A stretch of DNA of 64,000 bases from Rhodoferax sp. (GTDB lineage Bacteria > Pseudomonadota > Gammaproteobacteria > Burkholderiales > Burkholderiaceae_C): the NCBI GenBank assembly GCA_031428695.1, contig JANOYE010000093.1, positions 2,700 to 66,699 on the forward strand, given 5' to 3'. The notes under the pieces were generated by a model. It did not search any database, was not told the DNA's origin, and was given only the letters and a program-made list of their open reading frames with translations. Made by a program: the position numbers and the translations under genes. Within the stretch, counting starts at the first letter, position 1, and every line of letters begins with the position of its first letter. Of the stretch, positions 44,642 to 54,489 are shown piece by piece.

Positions 44642-45541
44642 TCAGGCCGCCTGCTTGCGACGGCGGGACAGCGCCACACCAACCAAGGCCAAACCAAACA
44701 GACCGAGCATGGTGGGCTCTGGCACCGTGAATACCCGCAGTTGGGTGATCGTCGAGCTCAACACATTTTCCGCCGTGTAGGCAAGAACCCCAAGGCCACC
44801 GGGGAGAACCACGGCGGTTTCATTCACAAAGCGGAACGAGATGAAATAAGGCGTACCACCCGCATCGGTGAAGAACTGGAAGGTGGCCTCCAGCGGAGTC
44901 GTTGAAAACACGTCATCGCAAGGAAGTGGCGAACCCGTTGGATTGGGGGTAGGACTGCACAATGCTTCAGAGGCCGCATTGAAGGTTTCAAGGAATGAAA
45001 TCGGGCTCAAACCTGGAACACCCAAACCGCCGAAACCTGGCTGAGCAAGTAGCGACACTTCCGCAAAAATGGCGACAAAGTTCATGAAGCCGCCGGCTTG
45101 TGTGAGAACGTTGTTTTGATGGGAGAACCGGTCGATGGTTTCCCAAGCACCGTTGGTCGTGACTGTTGTGAGGCCGTTCATGATATGAGCAACGTCCAAA
45201 TAACTTTGGCCAGCGCCAGTAGAAGTACCCCAAGACACACGGTTGAATGTAGGCAAACCAACAACACCTGTTAGAGGTGGCGTTGTCAGACCAGGGGTAA
45301 ACGCGGCGACAAGGAAGGGGGGAACGGTAGGATCCAAGGCAATATTGGGTACTAACCCCGTTTGAACCGCGCCAGTGTAAGCAAGGCTGCACGAGATAGA
45401 GCCACCACCGTCACAAGTAGCGCTGCCCCCAATGAACCCACCGGTTGTATTGGTGCCGAATGAAGAAATCAGCGGCGCTGCCTGCGAACCCACCGCCAAG
45501 GCGGTGAACGCCAAGGCCGCAGCAATTTTGTGTAGTTTCAT
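44642..45541 (-). CDS. PEP-CTERM sorting-domain protein (exosortase substrate)
   Basis: Signal peptide MKLHKIAAALAFTALAVGSQAAP. C-terminal VPEPTMLGLFGLALVGVALSRRRK (PEP motif, TM helix, basic tail). AGGAG RBS. Confidence 0.85.
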   Translation of the reverse strand: MKLHKIAAALAFTALAVGSQAAPLISSFGTNTTGGFIGGSATCDGGGSISCSLAYTGAVQTGLVPNIALDPTVPPFLVAAFTPGLTTPPLTGVVGLPTFNRVSWGTSTGAGQSYLDVAHIMNGLTTVTTNGAWETIDRFSHQNNVLTQAGGFMNFVAIFAEVSLLAQPGFGGLGVPGLSPISFLETFNAASEALCSPTPNPTGSPLPCDDVFSTTPLEATFQFFTDAGGTPYFISFRFVNETAVVLPGGLGVLAYTAENVLSSTITQLRVFTVPEPTMLGLFGLALVGVALSRRRKQAA

Positions 45542-45590
45542 AATCGACTCCTAAAAAATGGTTGGGCTTAATGGCCCATGCACAAGTAAA

Positions 45591-45606
45591 AGCAATATCA
45601 ATGCCA
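45591..45606 (-). promoter_or_regulatory. Sigma54-type (-24/-12) promoter for the PEP-CTERM gene
   Basis: Minus strand reads TGGCAT-TGATA-TTGCT, with canonical GG-N10-GC spacing. The -12 element is ~50 nt upstream of the ATG. Confidence 0.65.
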
Positions 45607-45791
45607 AGTTTTCAATATCCTTATTTATCAAGGACTTAGTCAATTCCAAAAAAAAATCTAGGGGAGAGGTGTAAAAAAATTCGACACGCAAACCCCGGAA
45701 ACTGATGCTGCGGGGCTGGCGGGCGGTTCAGCTCTATACTTTGCCGAAGAGAGTGGAAAATTTCCAAAAAGCCCGCCCGCAGGAGCCATTG

Positions 45792-46661
45792 ATGTCAACC
45801 CCGCCTGTTTTCAACTATGACCGCGCATTCTCCAGAAACATTGGCTGGGTTACTCTGGGGGAGCAAGAAAAGCTGAAGAAAGCCCGCATTGGCATCGCCG
45901 GAATGGGTGGTGTGGGAGGGGCACACTTGCGAACCTTGGCCCGCCTGGGGCTGACCAAATTTAACATCTCCGATTTCGACGATTTTGACGTGCACAACCT
46001 GAACCGCCAGGCCGGGGCGTTTGTGTCTACCCTCGGGCATTCCAAGCTTGAATCGATGGCCAAGCTGGCCCTGGACATCAACCCCGAGATTGACCTGAGA
46101 AAATTCCCCAAAGGGGTTCAGCCCGACAACGTCGATGAGTTTCTGCGTGACGTTGACATTTACGTCGATGGGCTGGACTTTTTTGCTTTGCCAGCGCGCC
46201 GCATGGTGTTTGCCAAGTGCCGTGAAAAGGGCATTCCGGTGTTGACGGCAGCGCCGCTGGGCATTGGCACGGCATTTTTGTATTTTGACGCCAAAGGCAT
46301 GAGCGCGGAAGACTACTTTAAGTGGGAAGGGCACGAAGTGCAGGAGCAATATGCCCGATTCATCGCCGGTTTGTCGCCAGCGATGCTGAATCGCGACTAT
46401 TTGGTGGCGCCTGACGCGGTCAACTTCAAGGAAAAACGGGGGCCATCAACGATCATGGCCTGTGATCTTTGCGCAGGCGTCATGGGGGCTTCGGTGTTGA
46501 AGTTGTTGCTGGGCCGAGGCGCGCTTCGCGCGGCGCCGTGGGGCATGCATTTCGACGTTTACCACCAAAAACTGAAGTTCACCTGGCGGCCATGGGGCAA
46601 TTCCAACCCGTTGCAATGGCTGATGCTGAAGTTCATCCGGCCGCGGCTGGGCATGAAATAA
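45792..46661 (+). CDS. ThiF/E1-like adenylyltransferase family protein
   Basis: Rossmann loop IGIAGMGGVGGAHL, then DFDDFDVHNLNRQ. AGGAG RBS before ATG 45792. Confidence 0.8.
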   Translation: MSTPPVFNYDRAFSRNIGWVTLGEQEKLKKARIGIAGMGGVGGAHLRTLARLGLTKFNISDFDDFDVHNLNRQAGAFVSTLGHSKLESMAKLALDINPEIDLRKFPKGVQPDNVDEFLRDVDIYVDGLDFFALPARRMVFAKCREKGIPVLTAAPLGIGTAFLYFDAKGMSAEDYFKWEGHEVQEQYARFIAGLSPAMLNRDYLVAPDAVNFKEKRGPSTIMACDLCAGVMGASVLKLLLGRGALRAAPWGMHFDVYHQKLKFTWRPWGNSNPLQWLMLKFIRPRLGMK

Positions 46662-46701
46662 GCGCTTTTTGCGTTCTTGAGGCGCATGGCAGAATCGCGC
46701 C

Positions 46702-47709
46702 ATGAAAATTTTGTTGACTGGCGCAGCCGGATTCATCGGCATGACGACCGCGCTGCGCCTGTTGGCACGGGGCGATGAGGTTGTTGGGCTCGATAACCTG
46801 AACGACTATTACGCGGTATCGCTGAAAGAAGATCGGCTCAAACGGCTGACACCGCACCCCAATTTCAGGTTTGTGAAGCTCGACGTGGCCAACCGCGAGG
46901 GCGTGGCCGGCTTGTTTACCGCTGAAAAGTTTGACCGCGTGATCCACTTGGCCGCCCAAGCCGGCGTGCGTTATTCGTTACAAAACCCGCATGCCTATAT
47001 CGACAGCAATATTGTCGGTTTTACGAATATTCTGGAAGGGTGCCGCCACAGCAAGGTGCAGCATTTGGTGTACGCCTCAAGCTCCAGCGTGTATGGCGGC
47101 AACACCAAAATGCCGTTTTCAGAACATGACAGCGTGGACCACCCGATCAGCCTTTACGCGGCGACCAAAAAAGCCAATGAACTGATGGCGCACACCTACA
47201 GCCACTTGTATGGATTGCCGACAACGGGGCTTCGCTTTTTCACAGTTTACGGCCCTTGGGGCCGGCCAGACATGGCGCTGTTTTTGTTTACGCGGGCTAT
47301 TCTGGAAGGGCGCTCGATAGACGTATTCAATCAAGGCAACATGCAGCGCGATTTCACGTTTGTCGATGACATCGTGGAGGGCGTTATTCGCGTGGTAGAT
47401 CGCGTTGCCGAGCCGAATGCTGCTTATGATCCGCTGGAAGCTGACCCAGCCACCAGCAGCGCGCCTTACCGGATGTTCAATATTGGCAACAATAACCCGG
47501 TGCAGTTGCTGGAATTTATTGCTTGCATAGAACGGGCGTTAGGGCGAAAAGCGACAAAAAACCTGCTGCCGCTGCAGGATGGCGACGTGCCAGCCACCTT
47601 TGCCAATACCGACGCGTTGAACGCCTGGGTTGGTTTCGTGCCGGGAACCTCTGTTGAGACCGGAGTGGCCCGCTTTGTCGATTGGTACCGTGGGTATTAC
47701 AAGGTTTAG
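46702..47709 (+). CDS. NAD-dependent nucleotide-sugar epimerase (UDP-glucuronate 4-epimerase-like)
   Basis: [22 protein letters not shown], and a YAATK catalytic motif. Confidence 0.9.
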   Translation: MKILLTGAAGFIGMTTALRLLARGDEVVGLDNLNDYYAVSLKEDRLKRLTPHPNFRFVKLDVANREGVAGLFTAEKFDRVIHLAAQAGVRYSLQNPHAYIDSNIVGFTNILEGCRHSKVQHLVYASSSSVYGGNTKMPFSEHDSVDHPISLYAATKKANELMAHTYSHLYGLPTTGLRFFTVYGPWGRPDMALFLFTRAILEGRSIDVFNQGNMQRDFTFVDDIVEGVIRVVDRVAEPNAAYDPLEADPATSSAPYRMFNIGNNNPVQLLEFIACIERALGRKATKNLLPLQDGDVPATFANTDALNAWVGFVPGTSVETGVARFVDWYRGYYKV

Positions 47710-47777
47710 CTTCTAACTTTACTGCCATCGTTATTTCTAACTTTAGCGGATTGAGAAGCCCTGAAATCTCGGGGCGG

Positions 47778-48290
47778 TTAGGGCCGCGTAGCGAGTTTGG
47801 CAAGAATTTGCTTGGCACCCGCTTCGCACAAATCGAGTACACGCTCGAAACCCGCCACGTTGCCGTAATAAGGGTCCGGAACTTCGATGGGCAAGGGCGG
47901 GGCGCTTTGGTCGACAGTGGCACCCGCGGTAACGCCATAAGTGGCTCCGTAAGCAAGGTACAAATGCAGTTTGTTGCTCTGATCAGGCGGGCAGATTTGC
48001 TGCATGGCAGCAAGATTGGCCGAGTCCATGGCGAAGATCAGGTCAAACTCTGAGAAATCCTTGATGCTCACTTTTCGGGAGCGCATTCGCCCGATTTCGT
48101 ATCCTCGGCGCAACAGCGCGGCCTCGGCCCGTGGGTCGGGTTTTTCGCCGAAATGACTGGCATGCGTGCCTGCCGAGTCGACACTGACCAATTTTTGAAG
48201 CCCGCCGCGTTGCGCCTGCGCCCGCAGCGCCACTTGCGCCATGGGTGAGCGGCAAATGTTACCCATACAGACGACAAGCAGCTTTTTCAT
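47778..48290 (-). CDS. Low-molecular-weight protein-tyrosine phosphatase (Wzb-like)
   Basis: MKKLLVVCMGNICRSPMAQ (CX5R(S/T) P-loop) and a DPYYG motif. It is divergent from the EPS export operon. Confidence 0.9.
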   Translation of the reverse strand: MKKLLVVCMGNICRSPMAQVALRAQAQRGGLQKLVSVDSAGTHASHFGEKPDPRAEAALLRRGYEIGRMRSRKVSIKDFSEFDLIFAMDSANLAAMQQICPPDQSNKLHLYLAYGATYGVTAGATVDQSAPPLPIEVPDPYYGNVAGFERVLDLCEAGAKQILAKLATRP

Positions 48291-48512
48291 AGGAACGAAT
48301 TCTAGAGATGCAAAACACAATGCAAGCAGCGCAGGGTTTCATCTCCGCATAAAAAATGCCTAGGGCAATGTAATATTTCTCGCTTGCGTCCTCAATTGAA
48401 GAGGCGCGCCAATTTGCTATCAGTTTTACGCCCAAATGCGTTATATTCAATGGGAATCACCTGATTGCCGGGCGCTGTCAATCCTGAAACCCCGAGAAGA
48501 ATGGAAGCTGTC

Positions 48513-49145
48513 ATGAAAAATATTTGCACACAAACAGTCTTTGTCGCGCGCTGGGCCTTGCTGGCTTTGGTGGTTTCGTTTGTTACTGCGTGTGCCCAAG
48601 GACCGACCTACCCGCCAGCGCCCACTGGCGCGGCCAATGCAGGCTACAACTATATTGTTGGCCCTGGAGACTCGCTCAACATCATAGTTTGGCGAAATCC
48701 TGAGCTGTCGATGTCCGTGCCAGTGCGGCCAGACGGCAAGTTGACCACCCCGCTCGTGGAAGAGCTGTACGTTCAGGGCAAAACATCCGTAGAGATCGCC
48801 CGCGACGTGGAGAAGGCTTTGGCCAAGTATGTTCGTGACCCGGTCGTGACCGTGATCGTGACCGGGTTTGTTGGCCCCTACAGCGAACAAATCCGCGTGG
48901 TCGGCGAAGCATCCAAGCCGCAATTCTTGCCCTACAAGCAAAAGATGACGCTGCTCGACGTGATGATCGCGGTGGGTGGCCTGACAGATTTTGCCGATGG
49001 CAACGCGGCTACCATCTACCGGGCGTCCGAGGGTGACAAGCGGTATTCAGTTCGTATCAAAGACCTGATTAAACGCGGCGATATTTCTGCCAATGTAGAA
49101 ATGAAGCCGGGCGACGTCCTGATAATTCCTCAGGGTTGGTTCTGA
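48513..49145 (+). CDS. Polysaccharide export protein (Wza-like), PEP-CTERM locus type
   Basis: Lipoprotein signal (VSFVTAC) and the Poly_export block YIVGPGDSLNIIVWRNPELS. First gene of the exosortase-A EPS locus. Start is 48513 or 48501. Confidence 0.85.
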   Translation: MKNICTQTVFVARWALLALVVSFVTACAQGPTYPPAPTGAANAGYNYIVGPGDSLNIIVWRNPELSMSVPVRPDGKLTTPLVEELYVQGKTSVEIARDVEKALAKYVRDPVVTVIVTGFVGPYSEQIRVVGEASKPQFLPYKQKMTLLDVMIAVGGLTDFADGNAATIYRASEGDKRYSVRIKDLIKRGDISANVEMKPGDVLIIPQGWF

Positions 49146-49236
49146 TACAGAGGTTTGGTGAATCTCATTCGGCGGTCTCGCGGGCGTGTCCCGCGACGCG
49201 AAGATGACGCCATTTCTTGAAGAATGATGCCTGTAA

Positions 49237-50811
49237 ATGGATGAATTGCTTGGACAATTGTCGACGATTGCACGCGGTGTCTGGAAACACCGCTGGCCTG
49301 GGTTGCTCGTGGCTTGGGTCGTCGGCGCGATCGGGGCTGCTGTGGTTCTGTGGGTGCCAGACAAATTTGAAGCCAGCGCCCGGATTTACGTCGACACACA
49401 ATCGATTTTGAAACCCTTGATGTCTGGGTTGGCCGTTCAGCCCAATGTGGAGCAACAAGTGGCGATGTTGAGCCGAACGCTCATCAGTCGCCCCAATGTT
49501 GAAAAACTAGTCCGGATGGCCGATCTGGACTTGGGCGAGAAGACGAAGGAATCCCGTGACGCTTTGATTGAGCAGGTGACGAAGGCGATACAGATCAAAA
49601 ACACCGGTCGGGACAACCTCTACACCATGAGTTACCGTGACTCGGTGCCTGAAAAAGCCAGGCGCGTCGTGCAGTCGATGGTTTCTATCTTCGTCGAATC
49701 CAGTCTGGGTGACACCCGCAAAGATTCGGATGTGGCCAAGAAATTTATTGATGAGCAGATCAAGAGTTATGTTGTCAAGCTCGAAGAAGCCGAGGCGCGG
49801 CTGAAAGAATTCAAGTTGCGCAATATTGAAACCCAAACGGCAGACGGCAAAGACATGTCCGCGCGGATCAGCGAAGTAACAAACCAACTCAACCAGGCGC
49901 GCCTTGAACTTAAAGAGGCGGAAAACGCACGGGACGCCGCCAAAAAGCAGCTTGACGCCGAAAAGTCCCAAACAACCAGTGTTTCCACTCGAAGTCTGCT
50001 GCAGGAATCCGCAACCACCGTAGCTACGCCTGAAATAGATGCGCGGATCAATGCGCAAAAGTCAAATATTGACAACTTGCTGCAGCGGTTCACCGAAAGC
50101 CATCCTGATGTCATCAATGCGCGGAAGCTGATCAAAGACCTCGAAGACCAAAAGCGCAAAGAGGTTGCTGAGTTACGCAAGGCGGCCATGGCCGTACCGG
50201 CGCCACAGCCTGGCGCAAGCCTTGCGTCGCAAGAGCTGGGTCGGATGTTGGCCACGTCGGAAGTGCAGGTTGCGTCGTTGCGGGCGCGGGTTGGTGAATA
50301 CGAGTCACGGGTCAAGCGAGCTCGGGAGTTGATGAAGACGGCACCTCAAATTGAGTCTGAGTACTCGCAGCTCAATCGTGACTACGCGATCAACAAAAAG
50401 AATTACGAGGATTTGGTTTCGCGTAGGGAGCAAGCGGCGTTGTCAGGAGACTTGGAGGGGGCCGCTGGCATTGCAGATTTCCGGCTGATCGACCCGCCCA
50501 GGGTGTCTCCGCAGCCTGTTGCCCCCAATCGCCTGCTGTTGATGCCGTTGGCGCTGCTTGCCGCACTGGGCGCTGGTCTTGCTACGGCATTCATCGCCAG
50601 CCAAATGCGAGCAGTTGTATTTGATGCGCGCGGTTTGCGTGACCTTGCCGGATTGCCATTACTGGGCGTTGTTACCCTGTTGGTTAATGACACTGCCAAA
50701 GCGCGTGACCGTGGCGAGCGGAACAAGTTCGTGTTTGCTTCCGCAAGTCTTATCGGTGTCTTTATTGCCGGTATTGCCGCTTTGGCGTATTTCTCTGGAC
50801 GGGTGACCTAA
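49237..50811 (+). CDS. Chain-length determinant (Wzz/PCP) protein, PEP-CTERM locus type
   Basis: N- and C-terminal TM helices flank a long coiled-coil. Wzz-like N-terminus. Its position matches the conserved locus order. Confidence 0.85.
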   Translation: MDELLGQLSTIARGVWKHRWPGLLVAWVVGAIGAAVVLWVPDKFEASARIYVDTQSILKPLMSGLAVQPNVEQQVAMLSRTLISRPNVEKLVRMADLDLGEKTKESRDALIEQVTKAIQIKNTGRDNLYTMSYRDSVPEKARRVVQSMVSIFVESSLGDTRKDSDVAKKFIDEQIKSYVVKLEEAEARLKEFKLRNIETQTADGKDMSARISEVTNQLNQARLELKEAENARDAAKKQLDAEKSQTTSVSTRSLLQESATTVATPEIDARINAQKSNIDNLLQRFTESHPDVINARKLIKDLEDQKRKEVAELRKAAMAVPAPQPGASLASQELGRMLATSEVQVASLRARVGEYESRVKRARELMKTAPQIESEYSQLNRDYAINKKNYEDLVSRREQAALSGDLEGAAGIADFRLIDPPRVSPQPVAPNRLLLMPLALLAALGAGLATAFIASQMRAVVFDARGLRDLAGLPLLGVVTLLVNDTAKARDRGERNKFVFASASLIGVFIAGIAALAYFSGRVT

Positions 50812-50816
50812 GCTTC

Positions 50817-51764
50817 ATGACAAGTCTAATAGAGCAGGCCACATTGAGGCTCGAGCAGCTGCGTCGAGCGGGTGCATCCATGCCGGCCGGTGCCCCGGCC
50901 TTTCCAAAGAAAGAATTTGACGGCTCTGCTGAAGGCAAAGCGACAGAAATGCCTCTGGCCTCTCTTGTTCAGGCCCCTGCGGTGGCTGCCAAGCCCGCAG
51001 TGGCCTCGCGGCGGGTGGAAATTGATCTGGAAGCACTTTCGGTGGCTGGAATTGTCAGCCCCAATTCGCCGCGCTCACAAATTGCAGACCAATTTCGGGT
51101 TATCAAGCGGCCACTGATCAGCAACGCACTTGGCAAAGGCGCCTCTGCGGTGGCCAATGGCAATCTGATCATGGTGACCAGTGCGTTGGCTGGTGAAGGC
51201 AAGAGTTTCACGGCGATCAATCTGGCGATGAGCATCGCCACTGAATTAGATACCACCGTGCTACTGGTCGACGCAGACGTGGCCAGGCCATCGGTTCTTA
51301 GGGTGCTGGGGTTGCCGCCAAGTCCAGGGTTGCTTGACTTGATACTCGACGAAACGCTCGAGATGTCCAGCGTGCTTTTGCGGACCAACATTGAAAAGCT
51401 GACCTTGTTGCCCAGCGGTACGCCGCACGAGCGTGCGACTGAGTTGCTGGCCAGCGACGCCATGATCAAGTTGCTTAACAACATGGCGGACCGCTATCCA
51501 GACCGAATCATTATTTTTGACTCGCCGCCTTTGTTGTTGACAACAGAGTCACGTGTGCTGGCGACCCACATGGGGCAAATTGTGTTGGTGGTCAAGGCAG
51601 AAAGTACTTTGCAGGCCGATGTCAAACATGCGCTTTCCAATATAGAAGCGTGCCCAGTCAAACTGCTGGTCTTGAATCAGGCGAGGTCGGCCTCTCAAGG
51701 CACCTATGGTTACGGTTATGGTTACGGCTATGGCTACGGCCAGCAGGAGCAGGTGTCTCAATGA
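50817..51764 (+). CDS. BY-kinase (chain-length determinant tyrosine kinase), PEP-CTERM locus type
   Basis: Walker A SALAGEGKS, Walker A' VLLVDADV, Walker B IIIFDSPP. C-terminal Tyr cluster (YG)6. Confidence 0.85.
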   Translation: MTSLIEQATLRLEQLRRAGASMPAGAPAFPKKEFDGSAEGKATEMPLASLVQAPAVAAKPAVASRRVEIDLEALSVAGIVSPNSPRSQIADQFRVIKRPLISNALGKGASAVANGNLIMVTSALAGEGKSFTAINLAMSIATELDTTVLLVDADVARPSVLRVLGLPPSPGLLDLILDETLEMSSVLLRTNIEKLTLLPSGTPHERATELLASDAMIKLLNNMADRYPDRIIIFDSPPLLLTTESRVLATHMGQIVLVVKAESTLQADVKHALSNIEACPVKLLVLNQARSASQGTYGYGYGYGYGYGQQEQVSQ

Positions 51765-53377
51765 CGTGCCGCCCCTCCGCGTCTCAAGGCTGGCATCGCT
51801 GCCACGCGCATTTGAAGACTGGAGTTGAGTTTTGCGGGAAAACGCTTGCTGTTGCTGTGACCTTGGTGGCTGCTGGAGTGTCCAGCGGGGTTTTCGCTCA
51901 AGAAGAAGCGCAAGGCCAAACCACAGCAGGACCGACGGCAGGACGACCTGCAGTTTCAATCGTTCCAAGAGTGACAGTCACAGAAATCTTTACGGACAAC
52001 GCGACCCTGTCTGCCAATTCCAAACAATCAGACCTCATCACTGAAGTGATCCCCGGAGTGAGGATTTCTTCATCGTTTGGGCGTACAAAGGGTTATTTTG
52101 ATTACGCATTGAACGCCAGGCAATCCACCCGAGCAGGCGCTACTGGAACCTTGCAAAGTGTGTTGACGACTTTTGGTTCGATGGAGGCTGTCGACAATTT
52201 CGCGTTTATCGACTTCAGCGCGTCGATTTCCCAGCAAGCCGTTTCGGGCTTGGGAGTGCAGTCACCCGGAAATTATTCTGCCAACGCGAACCAGACAGAA
52301 ACGTCCACTTACCGGCTTTCGCCCTACCTTCGTGGGAGCTTGGGTGGTTTCGCGGATTACCAAACCAGGTACAGTTTTAGCAAGACCCGGAGCGATTCCA
52401 CCGCCACCTCAGAAATCACAACCAAGGACTTGCTGTTGTCCCTCAAAGGCAGCCCTTCGGCGAGTCGCCTGGGGTGGGGTGTGCAAGCCAGCCAACAATC
52501 TGCCAACTACTCAGTGGGCAGAACAACTGAGAGCGATTCATTGACAGGTTCGCTTTCCTACGCCTTGATGCCTCAACTCGTTGTAACCGCCACGGCTGGA
52601 CAAGAAGGCAATAACTACAACTCGCTGGCAAGGGAAACCAACCTGACGACCGGCCAGGGCATTCAGTGGACACCCTCTCCAAACGCCAATTTTTCTGCCT
52701 CTCGGCAAACGAGGGTGTTTGGGCAATCCCACACCATCAACTTTGGTTACCGCACGGGGCGTACCGCTTGGAGTTTTACAGACTCACAAGATGTGACCAA
52801 TTCCCCCAGCCAGTCGGGCTTGACAAGCTTGGGGCCGATCTACGACCTTTATTTTGCTCAATTTGCCACAGTGGAACCGGATCCAGTCAAACGGGCTGAA
52901 TTGGTTAACGCATTTTTGCAAGCAAACGGCATCAATCCCAATGCGATCGTTGTAAGCAACTTTTTGACATCCGCAGTGTCTTTGCAGCGCCGTCAAGATT
53001 TATCGTTTACGCTGCTCGGTGTCCGGGACACCATTACCTTCACTGCTTCGAGAACGGAGACATCCCGGTTGGATACGATTTCCACGGCAATTGATGATCT
53101 CGCTAACGCCACATTGATTCGCCAAACTGGTTTGAGTGTCAGTTATGCACACCGCCTCACGCCGGACACTTCCGTCAACTTAACTGGATTGAGCCAGCGG
53201 TCGTCAGACTCAAGCGGCCTGCAGGAAACGTCATCGAATTCAGTCAATCTTGGCGTTTCGACCAGGCTTGGACTGAGGACGTCCGCTGCGGTCAATGCGC
53301 GAAGGGTGATATTTGAAAGCAAAACCTCGCCCTACAACGAAACGGCAATTACCGGAACTGTCAACGTTCAGTTTTGA
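51761..53377 (+). CDS. Outer-membrane beta-barrel protein, PEP-CTERM system-associated
   Basis: Signal peptide ending VFAQE, alternating beta-strand pattern and a terminal Phe (VNVQF). The start at ATG 51761 overlaps the kinase stop (ATGA). Confidence 0.7.
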   Translation: MTCRPSASQGWHRCHAHLKTGVEFCGKTLAVAVTLVAAGVSSGVFAQEEAQGQTTAGPTAGRPAVSIVPRVTVTEIFTDNATLSANSKQSDLITEVIPGVRISSSFGRTKGYFDYALNARQSTRAGATGTLQSVLTTFGSMEAVDNFAFIDFSASISQQAVSGLGVQSPGNYSANANQTETSTYRLSPYLRGSLGGFADYQTRYSFSKTRSDSTATSEITTKDLLLSLKGSPSASRLGWGVQASQQSANYSVGRTTESDSLTGSLSYALMPQLVVTATAGQEGNNYNSLARETNLTTGQGIQWTPSPNANFSASRQTRVFGQSHTINFGYRTGRTAWSFTDSQDVTNSPSQSGLTSLGPIYDLYFAQFATVEPDPVKRAELVNAFLQANGINPNAIVVSNFLTSAVSLQRRQDLSFTLLGVRDTITFTASRTETSRLDTISTAIDDLANATLIRQTGLSVSYAHRLTPDTSVNLTGLSQRSSDSSGLQETSSNSVNLGVSTRLGLRTSAAVNARRVIFESKTSPYNETAITGTVNVQF

Positions 53378-53380
53378 CCC

Positions 53381-54469
53381 ATGTATGAAGCCTTCTATGG
53401 TTTGACCGGCAAACCGTTCCAACTGAATCCGGATCCGCATTTTTACTTTGGCAGCAAACAACATCGTCGGGCCAGGGCTTATTTGGAGTACGGTGTTCAG
53501 CGAAACGAAGGTTTTATTGTCATTACAGGCGAAGTGGGCGCTGGTAAAACGACCATTGTGCGGGGCCTGCTGGAAAGTCTTGACCCTGACTCGGTCGTCG
53601 CCGCCAATCTGGTGAGCACCCAACTTGATGCCGAAGACACCCTTCGGATGGTTGGTGCGGCATTTGGCGTCGTCGTCAGGGAATTGTCAAAGTCTGACCT
53701 GCTGATGTCACTTGAGGCTTTTTTGGTAACCCAGCTTAGCCAAGGCAAGCGCTGCCTGCTGATTGTGGATGAGGCCCAGAACTTGACGCCAAGAGCAGTC
53801 GAAGAGTTGCGTATGTTGTCGAATTTTCAGTTTGGCAAACAAGCGCTCCTGCAGACTTTTTTGGTTGGGCAGCCTGAGTTCCGTGAAATATTGCAGCATC
53901 CGAACATGCAGCAGTTGCGCCAGCGCGTGACAGCAACCTGCCACATTGGCCCCATGGATGTTGATGAGACCCGGGGCTACATAGAGCACCGGCTCAAATG
54001 TGTAGGGGCCGACGGGCGTCCCAGCTTTGATGGTCCTGCATTTGAGGCAATCCATCAGGCGACCGGCGGCATTCCGAGACGCATCAATTCGGTTTGTGAT
54101 CGCCTGCTTTTGCTCGGATTTCTGGGGGAAAAAGATGCCTTTGGTGCCGAGGACGTTGCCGTGGTGGTCGATGAAATTCGCGAAGAGTCTGGCAGCAGTG
54201 TGTTGCCGGTGGCTCAGGCTGGGCGACCCGCGCACGGCGCACGGTTCGAGGGCATTGAGGAGTCTGGATTTGACATTGATTTGGGACGGCTTGAGTTCGA
54301 ATCCAGTTCCCTCGACCACATATCGGAAAAGCTGGGCGGATTGGGCCATGAACAAGTCAAGGAGCGGTTGAACCGGATTGAAAAGACCTTGCTGCGCCTT
54401 GAGCGTGTCGATCTGGAAATACTCTCTTCCCTGCAACGGCTTGTCGGTTCCGTCAAGCGATCGACATAG
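53381..54469 (+). CDS. ExeA/GspA-like AAA ATPase, XrtA/PEP-CTERM locus subfamily
   Basis: FYGLTGKPFQLNPDPHFYF, Walker A GEVGAGKT, Walker B LLIVDEAQ. Confidence 0.85.
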   Translation: MYEAFYGLTGKPFQLNPDPHFYFGSKQHRRARAYLEYGVQRNEGFIVITGEVGAGKTTIVRGLLESLDPDSVVAANLVSTQLDAEDTLRMVGAAFGVVVRELSKSDLLMSLEAFLVTQLSQGKRCLLIVDEAQNLTPRAVEELRMLSNFQFGKQALLQTFLVGQPEFREILQHPNMQQLRQRVTATCHIGPMDVDETRGYIEHRLKCVGADGRPSFDGPAFEAIHQATGGIPRRINSVCDRLLLLGFLGEKDAFGAEDVAVVVDEIREESGSSVLPVAQAGRPAHGARFEGIEESGFDIDLGRLEFESSSLDHISEKLGGLGHEQVKERLNRIEKTLLRLERVDLEILSSLQRLVGSVKRST

Positions 54470-54489
54470 GCAAATTCCCCATAAAAACA

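Noticed and set aside
47758-47775. Hairpin GCCCTGA-aatc-TCGGGGC and the direct repeat TTCTAACTTTA (47711 and 47734) between the convergent epimerase and PTP genes
   Set aside because: The 7-bp stem includes a G-U pair and has no flanking T- or A-run. It may act as a bidirectional terminator, but the support is weak.
48403-48419. Sigma54-like AGGCGC-N6-TTGCT upstream of the EPS export operon
   Set aside because: The GG-to-GC spacing is one nucleotide too long and the -24 element is poor. It is not a credible -24/-12 promoter.
51650-51760. N-terminal extension of the OMP ORF containing LWLRLWLRLWLR
   Set aside because: It is the +1 frame of the (YG)6 hexanucleotide repeat of the upstream kinase gene. 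The real start is ATG 51761, which is followed by a signal peptide.
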